A stretch of 37,568 nucleotides of DNA. Source: a virus (Duplodnaviria > Caudoviricetes). The notes beneath the pieces were generated by a model. It saw only the letters and a list, made by a program, of their open reading frames with translations, was not told the origin of the DNA and searched no databases. Position 1 is the first letter of the stretch. The number at the start of each line of letters is the position of its first letter. A program made the position numbers and the translations under genes. Positions 1-7,267 of this stretch are shown here, piece by piece. The DNA is taken from IMG/VR virus record IMGVR_UViG_3300048599_000067, positions 1 to 37,568 of that record. One strand, given 5' to 3'.

Positions 1-22
1 CGCTGGGGGAGCTGCCCCTCCA

Positions 23-66
23 CCGTTCTCTGAGGAGCGAGCGCCAGCGAGCGTCACGAAGGGCCG
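23..66. repeat. Possible host REP-like extragenic element
   Basis: ccgttctctgaggagcgagcgccagcgagcgtcacgaaggg resembles short dispersed repeats of actinobacterial genomes; only one copy is visible here. Confidence 0.3.
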
Positions 67-81
67 TCCACGCCGGCCAAA

Positions 82-127
82 TGGCATCCCCAACGGGATT
101 CGAACCCGCGCTGCCGCCTTGAAAGGG
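82..127. repeat. Left att core (displaced 3' half of tRNA-Glu)
   Basis: tggcatccccaacgggattcgaacccgcgctgccgccttgaaaggg is identical to 37442-37487. Confidence 0.95.
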
Positions 128-221
128 TGGCCCGTGGTTCTGTGGTTGCGCTGGGTTGTGTTGGGCACGCTTGCGGGTGGGTTGGCTGCGCTGATCGATG
201 TTGGGTGCTTGGGGTGTTCGC

Positions 222-238
222 GTTCCCAAATCGTTCCC
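222..238 (+). promoter_or_regulatory. Putative integrase arm-type binding site pair
   Basis: gttcccaaatcgttccc (tandem GTTCCC) is repeated exactly at 37361-37377; both copies flank the core in reconstituted attP. Confidence 0.7.
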
Positions 239-244
239 ACGCTG

Positions 245-260
245 CCGAACGGGTGTTCGA
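245..260 (+). promoter_or_regulatory. LexA (SOS) box overlapping a promoter
   Basis: cCGAACgggtGTTCGA matches the actinobacterial consensus TCGAAC-N4-GTTCGA; a -10-like TATCAT follows at 262-267. Confidence 0.75.
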
Positions 261-273
261 TTATCATGGTCCG

Positions 274-537
274 ATGGAGGGCTACGGAACCGGCGCCGAG
301 CCGCTCTACCCGGCCCCGCGCAATGCGATCTCGGAGCCGCACGGCCAGCACCGCGGCTACAACGGCCAGCACCGGCTCGTGCTCGCGAGGCTGGTGTGGT
401 CGTCCGGTGCGGTCGTGATTCCGGCCAGGCTGCTGTGGGTGGACGATGACGCGGTGCGGGTGGAGTGGGAGCGTCGTGGGGTGGTGCGCCGGTCGTGGCT
501 GCGGAGGTCGGACATCGCGAGGTGGATGCCGCTGTGA
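274..537 (+). CDS. Small hypothetical protein (87 aa), probably leaderless and SOS-regulated
   Basis: ATG 6 nt after TATCAT; beta-rich C-terminus LARLVWSSGAVVIPARLLWVDDDAVRVEW...SWL..SDI. Confidence 0.65.
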   Translation: MEGYGTGAEPLYPAPRNAISEPHGQHRGYNGQHRLVLARLVWSSGAVVIPARLLWVDDDAVRVEWERRGVVRRSWLRRSDIARWMPL

Positions 538-567
538 GCTGGCGGGAAGAATCTCCATTTTTGTGTG

Positions 568-597
568 TTGACAACCCGCGTTCTGTAGGTCTAGAAT
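568..597 (+). promoter_or_regulatory. Near-consensus sigmaA promoter
   Basis: TTGACA (568-573), 18-nt spacer, TAGAAT (592-597), with an AT-rich upstream tract. Confidence 0.75.
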
Positions 598-630
598 CGA
601 GGTATCGAAGCAGTCGAGAGAGGCAGTCAG

Positions 631-843
631 ATGAGCAGCTACACCATCACCGACCGGATCAGCGGCACCGAGTACCACGGCATCGACCGGTACGAGATCG
701 CGGACACGCTTCGCGGGCTTTTCCCCGAGGCGCCGGCCGAGACCACCGAGCAGATCAGCCTGCTGGAGTCGAAGCTCCACCGCGGCGACTACTACGGCGA
801 CGAGGAGGCCTACCTCCAGGTGGCGGTGGAGCGGGAGCAGTGA
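631..843 (+). CDS. Small acidic hypothetical protein (70 aa)
   Basis: RBS GAGAGG, GC3-rich codons, directly downstream of the promoter. Confidence 0.8.
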   Translation: MSSYTITDRISGTEYHGIDRYEIADTLRGLFPEAPAETTEQISLLESKLHRGDYYGDEEAYLQVAVEREQ

Positions 844-1001
844 CCCGCCCGGGTCGTCCGGCGGTCGGGGAGCCGATCCAGATCCGGCTCCCCGCCGACA
901 CACTCGCCGAGATCGACGCCATCGCACAGGCCGAGGGTGTCACCAGGTCGCAGTGGATCCGGCAGGCGATCGCCGCGAGGCTCCACGCAGCCCGAGCCTG
1001 A
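840..1001 (+). CDS. Ribbon-helix-helix (CopG-like) DNA-binding protein (53 aa)
   Basis: GRP...IQIRLPADTLAEIDAIAQAEGVTRSQWIRQAI pattern; GTGA start/stop overlap with the upstream gene. Confidence 0.85.
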   Translation: MTRPGRPAVGEPIQIRLPADTLAEIDAIAQAEGVTRSQWIRQAIAARLHAARA

Positions 1002-1007
1002 ACGCAC

Positions 1008-1050
1008 GAAAGCGCCCCCACCCGGGAAAAGGGTGGGGGCGCCGTTGCGT
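1008..1050. terminator. Intrinsic terminator between convergent units
   Basis: 12-bp stem gcgcccccaccc/gggtgggggcgc (1012-1042); TTTCG tail on the minus strand. Confidence 0.8.
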
Positions 1051-1053
1051 CGG

Positions 1054-1191
1054 TCAGGGCCATTCGTGGAGCCGGTCCCGCCAGTAGCACTGGTGACTGC
1101 CGTCGTGACCGGCGTCGATCGAGCAGGCCAGCGTGACAGCCCGGCCCGCGTGGTGGATGGCGTGCTGGTTGCCGCAGCTCGACGGGGTCAT
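1054..1191 (-). CDS. 45-aa Cys/His peptide
   Basis: MTPSSCGNQHAIHHAGRAVTLACSIDAGHDGSHQCYWRDRLHEWP; ATGA overlap with the upstream ORF; ends just before the terminator. Confidence 0.55.
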   Translation of the reverse strand: MTPSSCGNQHAIHHAGRAVTLACSIDAGHDGSHQCYWRDRLHEWP

Positions 1192-1253
1192 AGCAGCAGG
1201 GCGAGCAGGACGGCCGCCGCCACGAGAGCGGCGACCGTCCAGTACACGCGCAT
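1188..1253 (-). CDS. 21-aa single-TM peptide
   Basis: MRVYWTVAALVAAAVLLALLL; TGATG overlap with the holin stop. Confidence 0.5.
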   Translation of the reverse strand: MRVYWTVAALVAAAVLLALLL

Positions 1254-1513
1254 CAGGACCCGGCCCCGCCGGCGGCGATGTACTCCTCGGGCACGCCCTT
1301 GGAGATGATGGACAGGTAGGAGGCGGCGCCGGCGAGCCCGGCGGTCACGACTGCTGAGGCGACGCCGAGGCCGACGCCGAGCAGCCAGTCGCCGGACAGG
1401 GTGATCGCGATGGCCGTGGTCGGGATCGCCGAGGCGAGCGACTGGGTGGCGGTCCGGACGAAGCCACGCTTGGCGGCGGTCTTGACGACGGTGGGGACGA
1501 TGGGGTCGGACAC
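1253..1513 (-). CDS. Holin
   Basis: 86 aa, hydrophobic segments, KRGFVRTATQ motif, directly after the endolysin, GGAGG RBS. Confidence 0.8.
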   Translation of the reverse strand: MSDPIVPTVVKTAAKRGFVRTATQSLASAIPTTAIAITLSGDWLLGVGLGVASAVVTAGLAGAASYLSIISKGVPEEYIAAGGAGS

Positions 1514-1522
1514 GATGCCTCC

Positions 1523-2734
1523 TCAGGCAGTGGGAATGGTGGGGATGGTGAGGTTCGCGATCAGCCCGTGGTGATCGGACGCGGCGGTGGGGGTGATCCG
1601 GCCGCCGGTGCGGTCGGTCAGTCCGCGGGTAAAGATGCCGTCGAAGTGCTGGATGCCCTGGTTGTCGTGGGTGTCGCTGTACGGGGTGGCCAGCGTGTAT
1701 CCGGCGGCCACCATCTGGGCCTTCGCGTCGGTGTTCCAGTCGCCGCCGACCACGACCCGCGGGTACTTGGCCAGGAGCTTGATCACCTTGGCGATGTCGG
1801 CCTTCTTCCCTGCCTTCGCCGCCGCGGTGGTCTTGAACGCGGCGGTGGGCCGGATGTGGACCGAGGCGGCCACGAGGGTCCGGCCGGTGGTGCGCCGGGT
1901 CAGCTCGCAGCCGACGACGCCGTGGTAGGCGGTGCCGAAGCCGCACCCGAGCCGCGGCCCGTTGTCCCACTTGGTCGGATCCCACAGCAGTCCGACGTAG
2001 CCGAGTGGCCACACCCTGAAGCCGGTGGCCTCCCGGATCGCGTCGCGGGCGTCCTCTTCGGCTTCCTGGACCATCAGGATCGACGGCCGCAGGGTGGTCT
2101 TGACGAAAGCGGAGTCGGCGGCGTAGGTGCCGCCGCCCCACCGCTTCGCTTGCACGTTGTACGACGCCACCCGCAGATTCACGCTGCCATCAGGGGTGGG
2201 CTGCGTGTCGTTCGGGATGGCGGCGAGGAGGGCGGTCCACGTGATCGGTCCATCGACGCCGTCCGCGGTGAGGCCGTGGGCCTTCTGGAAGGCGGTCAGG
2301 CTGCCGTATCCGAGCGCGGCCAGCCGGGCGGCGAGCGCAGCCGACCGGTGCCGATCCTTGGCCCGGTAGTAACGGAAGTGCCACGCCTCGGACGGCACGG
2401 TGCGGTACCAGCCGTACTCGTGGGCACGGATGGATTCCCCGGACTTCACGGTGAGCGGCACGCCGCCCTTCGTCAGCCAGGTGTGCAGCGGGGTGCCGCG
2501 GGTCACGTCGATCGCCAACCCGGACTCGTGCAGCGACGTGCCCGGCTTCGCGGCGAGGTTGCCCTTCCCGGCCTTGTACAGGGCGTACAGGATCGCCTGC
2601 TCGGCGTAGGTGCGGCCCGCGGCGATCAGCCCGGCCAGGTCACCGGAGTCGGCGAAGAGCCGCAGGAAGGACGCGGCCGCGTCACCGGACAGCCAGTACT
2701 TCCCGCCGATCCCGGTCGTGCTTGCCGCCATCAC
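1523..2734 (-). CDS. Endolysin: M15-type peptidase + peptidoglycan-binding domain + EEP domain
   Basis: GRTYAEQ...PGTSLHESGLAIDV...EAWHF (M15); FQKAHGLTADGVDGPITW (PGBD); SYNV, QE, GDWN, FDGI, SDH (EEP). Confidence 0.9.
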   Translation of the reverse strand: MMAASTTGIGGKYWLSGDAAASFLRLFADSGDLAGLIAAGRTYAEQAILYALYKAGKGNLAAKPGTSLHESGLAIDVTRGTPLHTWLTKGGVPLTVKSGESIRAHEYGWYRTVPSEAWHFRYYRAKDRHRSAALAARLAALGYGSLTAFQKAHGLTADGVDGPITWTALLAAIPNDTQPTPDGSVNLRVASYNVQAKRWGGGTYAADSAFVKTTLRPSILMVQEAEEDARDAIREATGFRVWPLGYVGLLWDPTKWDNGPRLGCGFGTAYHGVVGCELTRRTTGRTLVAASVHIRPTAAFKTTAAAKAGKKADIAKVIKLLAKYPRVVVGGDWNTDAKAQMVAAGYTLATPYSDTHDNQGIQHFDGIFTRGLTDRTGGRITPTAASDHHGLIANLTIPTIPTA

Positions 2735-2853
2735 GCCTCCTCGGGGATGTAGCCGTCGTCGCCGTCCTCGGGCTGGTCGACGGGCGGCGCGGCGGTGTCG
2801 AAGTCGTCGGCCGGCTCGACGGGCTCGTCCGGTGCGGGTGTGGTGTCGCTCAT
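2731..2853 (-). CDS. 40-aa acidic Pro-rich peptide
   Basis: GGGAGG RBS; stop overlaps the endolysin start. Confidence 0.55.
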   Translation of the reverse strand: MSDTTPAPDEPVEPADDFDTAAPPVDQPEDGDDGYIPEEA

Positions 2854-2881
2854 GGGGTCCTCCCTGGGTTGTGCGAGCATG

Positions 2882-2910
2882 CGAAAGCCCCGACCGGATG
2901 GCCGGGGCTC
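2882..2910 (-). terminator. Terminator-like hairpin upstream of the lysis cassette
   Basis: Minus strand gagccccggccatccggtcggggct followed by TTCG. Confidence 0.55.
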
Positions 2911-2927
2911 GGGTAGGGACCGGGGGG

Positions 2928-3419
2928 TTACTGCTGGCGCAGCGGGCACTCCGCCACGTGGCTGCGCTTGGTCTCTTCGACGATGCGGGTCACGTCGGCG
3001 ATGTGCTCATCCAGCGCCTGCTCCTGCTCGGAGAGCTTGCGTCGGTCGCGTCGGGCGTCGGTGCGGATCCCGGTGAGGTCCTTGCGGACGTCACGCACCT
3101 CGGAGTGCATGCCGCCGACGTCCTCCCGGATCGAGGCGAGCGCGGCGCTGGTGTCGGTCCGGAACGCCGTTAGCTCCTCGCGCAAGTTCGGGAACTCCGC
3201 GTCGAGGTGCTCGTTCTCGGTCTGGGACCTGCTCGCGGCGGCGTCCTCAGCGACTCTGGTCAGCGTCTTGTCCGTCTTGGCCAGGGCGGCTTTGGTGTCG
3301 CGGCGGGTGATCAGCGCCACCAAGATCGCCACGATGCCGGTGATCGTCGGGGGTCCGACGACCGCGAGCAGCCAGATCCATGCAGAGGTCTCGGCGGGTG
3401 GGGTCGGCAAGGTGGGCAC
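2928..3419 (-). CDS. Membrane protein, DUF2746-like (lysis-associated)
   Basis: N-terminal TM, NEH...NLREEL motif, coiled coil, position between tail and lysin genes. Confidence 0.7.
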   Translation of the reverse strand: MPTLPTPPAETSAWIWLLAVVGPPTITGIVAILVALITRRDTKAALAKTDKTLTRVAEDAAASRSQTENEHLDAEFPNLREELTAFRTDTSAALASIREDVGGMHSEVRDVRKDLTGIRTDARRDRRKLSEQEQALDEHIADVTRIVEETKRSHVAECPLRQQ

Positions 3420-3480
3420 TCCTTCGGTGGCGGGGAGAGTGTCATTGAGGCGTGCTTTCGTGGACCACTACACGAGCTGA

Positions 3481-4539
3481 TCAGTCCACGGGGTGGTCGA
3501 CGTACAGCCACAGCACTCCGCCGGACGGCAAGCTGGCCGAAGGCGGCCCGGCGGTGATGTTGTACGCACCCGTGGAGAACCCACGGGCCCACCAGATCTG
3601 GGAGACGCCGCCGGCGTCGGCGCGGCGCAGTCGCGCCAGATCCGGCTGGGCTGTGTAGCCGGCCGCATTCCAGCCCGCCGGCAGAGTCACCATGGTCTGC
3701 TCGGCGGCGGCCGCACCGCCCGTATTGGTCGCGATAGAGCTCCCCGAGTAGGTCAGGACGATGGTGCCAGTGACCCTGCCGTTGATGCGGCGCAGCCGGT
3801 ACGAAGTGACCGCCCAGTTGGTGCCGGGGGTGAGCGTCAGCCCGGTCGTGACCCACCCGGTGTCCTCGGCGACCAGCTTCCACCCGCTGCCGTTCCAGGT
3901 GTACTCGGCCATCGCGGCGCCCGATCCGATAACGGCCTTCATGCCAGCCCTGCGCTGCGCCGCCGGGATCGCCACGTCCCGGGCAGCCTCCGTCTCGAAC
4001 CACGACACACCATCCGCCAGGCCGCAATGCGTCGCGAGCCACACCACCGACGCGGCCCCGCCACCCGACTTCGGCACCACAATCCGCGCCAACGGCATCG
4101 CCCGCGACGGAGTAGCCGGCTGCGCAGGCGCCGCCGCCGGCGTGCCCGCCGTGTACACGATCGACACACCCGGAGTCGTGGTGCCATCACCCTCCGCAGG
4201 GTCCGACAGCTGCACCGAGATCAGATCCCAGCGCGCATACGTGGCATCAGCAGCCACAATGCTGCCCGACTCGGCCGCCACCACCGCGTAGCCGTACGGA
4301 CCGGCCTGCGCGGCAGCCTCCACATCCAGCACGCCCGCGTGCGGGGCGACCGCCCACGTCGACCCGGCGACCGTCACCGTGGTCGACGGGGTACCCGGGC
4401 GTACACCCGAACGGGCACCCAGCGGCCTGGTTGCGGTCGCGCCCGCCAGCAGCGGCGCGAGGGAGGCGGTGCGGAGCGCGCGGCCCGTGTACGACGGGGC
4501 GCCCGAAACGGCGTCCAGTGGCCAACCGACAGTGGTCAT
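3481..4539 (-). CDS. Minor tail protein (tail tip / receptor-binding candidate)
   Basis: Synteny; RWDLI...GTPAAAPAQPATP..AMPLA motif; DTGW and LPAGW in the C-terminal domain. Confidence 0.8.
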   Translation of the reverse strand: MTTVGWPLDAVSGAPSYTGRALRTASLAPLLAGATATRPLGARSGVRPGTPSTTVTVAGSTWAVAPHAGVLDVEAAAQAGPYGYAVVAAESGSIVAADATYARWDLISVQLSDPAEGDGTTTPGVSIVYTAGTPAAAPAQPATPSRAMPLARIVVPKSGGGAASVVWLATHCGLADGVSWFETEAARDVAIPAAQRRAGMKAVIGSGAAMAEYTWNGSGWKLVAEDTGWVTTGLTLTPGTNWAVTSYRLRRINGRVTGTIVLTYSGSSIATNTGGAAAAEQTMVTLPAGWNAAGYTAQPDLARLRRADAGGVSQIWWARGFSTGAYNITAGPPSASLPSGGVLWLYVDHPVD

Positions 4540-4546
4540 GGTGTCC

Positions 4547-5323
4547 TCACATTCCGAGCTTGGTGACAGTCAGGGACGTGCCCTGGAATACGGTCGTGGC
4601 GATCGCGCCCGCGTTGCCGGCGCCGACCGACCAGCCGCGCCGGCAGCGCAGCGTGTACGTGGTGTTCGGGGACAGGGTCACCATGTGCTGGTGGCCCGCG
4701 TTCGCGTTGATGATCTGGGCGTTCGCATCCCACACACTGGTGAAGTTGCCGTCCCCGTTGCCGGGCGCCCGCACCTGGCTGCCGGCCTGCAGGATCTCGA
4801 CACCGATGAAGCCGCGCGCGTACGCGAAGTTCAGGGAGTAGACGGAGAGGTAGCCGCCCGCCTGGAAGATCAGCTTCCCGGTGCTGCTGGTGGTGATGGT
4901 GACCGTGGCGTCCGCCGCCGAGTTGTACGCCACCCACGTGTCGTTGACGTTCGAGGTGGCCGGGTTGGTGGTGACCGTCGTCAGCGACCCGGGCACCGCC
5001 TCCGCCGACGCCGTCTGGCCAGCCAAGAACGCCACCTGCGCGGCGATCGCGGCCTGCGCCGTGGTCAGATCCGCCTGGGCTGTGGTGAGGGCCGTCTGCT
5101 GCGCCGCCAGCGCCGCCTGGGCCGCCGTGAGCTGACCCTGCTGGCTGGTAAGGTCCGCCACCACCAGCTGCAGCTGCGCCTGCGCCGCCGCAATATCAGC
5201 CACCTGCGGCGCCAGCGACTTCGACACCGAGGCGACAGCCTCCATCAGGTCACTACGGAGCTTCCGGAGCTCCCGCCCGATCCAATCCTCCCGGGGCGGC
5301 ACCTGGCTCGACAGCGAAGGCAC
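4547..5323 (-). CDS. Minor tail protein with coiled coil
   Basis: Ala/Gln heptads followed by a beta-rich domain; synteny. Confidence 0.75.
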   Translation of the reverse strand: MPSLSSQVPPREDWIGRELRKLRSDLMEAVASVSKSLAPQVADIAAAQAQLQLVVADLTSQQGQLTAAQAALAAQQTALTTAQADLTTAQAAIAAQVAFLAGQTASAEAVPGSLTTVTTNPATSNVNDTWVAYNSAADATVTITTSSTGKLIFQAGGYLSVYSLNFAYARGFIGVEILQAGSQVRAPGNGDGNFTSVWDANAQIINANAGHQHMVTLSPNTTYTLRCRRGWSVGAGNAGAIATTVFQGTSLTVTKLGM

Positions 5324-6414
5324 TACAAGTCCTCCTCGCTGGCCAGGATCGGCGAGACCGTCTCCACGCCCTGCGTCACGGCCTCCCAGCCGATCGCTCG
5401 CGCGACACCCTCCAGCAGGCCCACCGCCGGCGACTGGATGCGGTAGCCGATGTCGTCACCGATCCGCCACTCCACCCCGAGCACCGGTGCGTCCTGCTTC
5501 GCCGCGGTCACGGTGAGCGCCGTGCCGCCGTCGCACATCACCGCGACCGCCGCCGCGGCGTGAGCGTCCAGCGTCGCGACGTTCGTGATCGACGTCGACG
5601 GGGTCCACCGGTACTCGAGCGTCGGCCGGACCGGGTCTGGGTAGATGTGCGGCGACGACTGGGGCCGCACATCGCCCTCAGCGGTCGAGGTGGCAATCAC
5701 GTTGTTCGCGGCAGCGTCGGTCGACCAGTCTTCGATCAGCTGGAAGTCGACCACGGGTCCGGGCATTTCGAAGGTGGCGGCGGGCGCCAGCCCGGCCGGC
5801 GGGGACACGCCGATCCGGTCCGCGATCGTGAGCACCGGCACGTACCGTTCGGGGCCGGTCAGGTGCCGCCACGTCACCGTCCACTCCGGGCCACCGTCGA
5901 CCCCGGACAGCTCCTGTAGTGCGGCGAGGACGGTCTTGTCGGACGCGGACTCGTAGGTGCGGTCACGCAGGGTTGATCCGGGTGTCGTCTCGACGATCAG
6001 GGCGGGCGGCACGGATTGCGGTGGTGCGGCCGAGGTCACGCACTGGCCGACCATGTGGGCGGCGAGGGCGCACTGCTCGGTGCCGGTGTACACGAGGTCG
6101 CGCACGAACCGCCTGGCGAGGTACGCCTCCCAGGTGGAGATGGTCAGCAGCACGGTGTCTGATGCGCTGCGGGACCGGTACGCGATCCAGCCGCCCCACA
6201 CCGGGTCCGGCTGCTCGTCGTCCAGCAGCACAAGGTAGGTCGACCAGGGTGCGGTGGCGCGCAGCCAGTCCGGTGGTGCGCCGGCGACCGACAGGTTTGC
6301 GGCGCCCGTCCAGAAGTCGCCGAGGGTGGCGCCGACCTTGTCGCAGGTGATGCCGGGCATGTCGGTGATGATTCGGCCGGTGAGGGCGTCGACCGCGAGC
6401 CACGAGTAGGCCAT
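5323..6414 (-). CDS. Minor tail / baseplate hub-like protein
   Basis: PVWGGWI and WRIGDDI motifs; second gene after the tape measure gene. Confidence 0.8.
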   Translation of the reverse strand: MAYSWLAVDALTGRIITDMPGITCDKVGATLGDFWTGAANLSVAGAPPDWLRATAPWSTYLVLLDDEQPDPVWGGWIAYRSRSASDTVLLTISTWEAYLARRFVRDLVYTGTEQCALAAHMVGQCVTSAAPPQSVPPALIVETTPGSTLRDRTYESASDKTVLAALQELSGVDGGPEWTVTWRHLTGPERYVPVLTIADRIGVSPPAGLAPAATFEMPGPVVDFQLIEDWSTDAAANNVIATSTAEGDVRPQSSPHIYPDPVRPTLEYRWTPSTSITNVATLDAHAAAAVAVMCDGGTALTVTAAKQDAPVLGVEWRIGDDIGYRIQSPAVGLLEGVARAIGWEAVTQGVETVSPILASEEDL

Positions 6415-6418
6415 CAGG

Positions 6419-7267
6419 TCACATCCATGCGGGGGTCGCGGTGACGGTCAGCAGGCCACCTGTGGTCGAGCCGACGCTGGTGAAGGCCCAGGTGTTGCTG
6501 CCTGGCTCGAACGCGGACCAGCCGCGGGAGGTGACCCAGCCGTTGCGGGACGATTCGCCCTGGGCGAGTACCTGGCGGCGTTCCATGTCGACGGTCAGGA
6601 ACTCACCCGCCCCCAGTTCCAGCGACGACGCGAAGATGAGCGAGCGGCCGCTGGTGACGTGGGTGACGATCGGGCCGGACACCGGGCCGTCGATCCGCAG
6701 CCTGGCGGGGCCCGCGATGCTGCCGGGGTTGGTGAGCGACACCAGCCCGGACACCACCGACGCGCTGATCGGGGTCGGCAGGGTGAACGGCAACGCAAGG
6801 CCGCCGGAGGTCGACGGCAGGCCGGTGGACGCCTGCAGCGGGTCGCCCAGCTTGCGCGGGTCGGCGGCCAGCAGCTGCACCGACCACTTCCACACCGTCA
6901 GCTGCCCCTCCTGCGGGGTGGCGATCACGTCACCGGAGCGGCGCACCACCACCGACAGCGGCAGCGGGGACGCGACCTGCAGCAGTGTGTCGGTGAGCGC
7001 GGCGGCCCGCGCGAGCCGGTTCGCCGCGTCCTCGCCGGCCGCGGGGGTGGGTGCGGTCATGGTGCCGACGATCGCCACGGTGCGCCCAGGTAGCCATGAT
7101 TCGCCCACCCACACGCCGTGACTGTTGGGGCGCTTGGTGGACGCCGGGGTGGGGGCCGGGGAGTTCCACCAGTCGATGCTGGTGACCTTCCACTCCACGC
7201 CCGTGTCGGGCTCCACACCGGACAGCGGCATGCCGCCGAGGATCACGAAACCGGCCACCGTGCTCAC
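6419..7267 (-). CDS. Distal tail protein (Dit)
   Basis: Follows the TMP; LLAADPRK, NPGSIAG, PGSN and terminal AW motifs. Confidence 0.85.
   Translation of the reverse strand: MSTVAGFVILGGMPLSGVEPDTGVEWKVTSIDWWNSPAPTPASTKRPNSHGVWVGESWLPGRTVAIVGTMTAPTPAAGEDAANRLARAAALTDTLLQVASPLPLSVVVRRSGDVIATPQEGQLTVWKWSVQLLAADPRKLGDPLQASTGLPSTSGGLALPFTLPTPISASVVSGLVSLTNPGSIAGPARLRIDGPVSGPIVTHVTSGRSLIFASSLELGAGEFLTVDMERRQVLAQGESSRNGWVTSRGWSAFEPGSNTWAFTSVGSTTGGLLTVTATPAWM

Noticed and set aside
82-127. Second tRNA gene at the left end
   Set aside because: Only the 3' 46 nt are present; the D-arm and 5' acceptor strand are missing, so it is the att duplication
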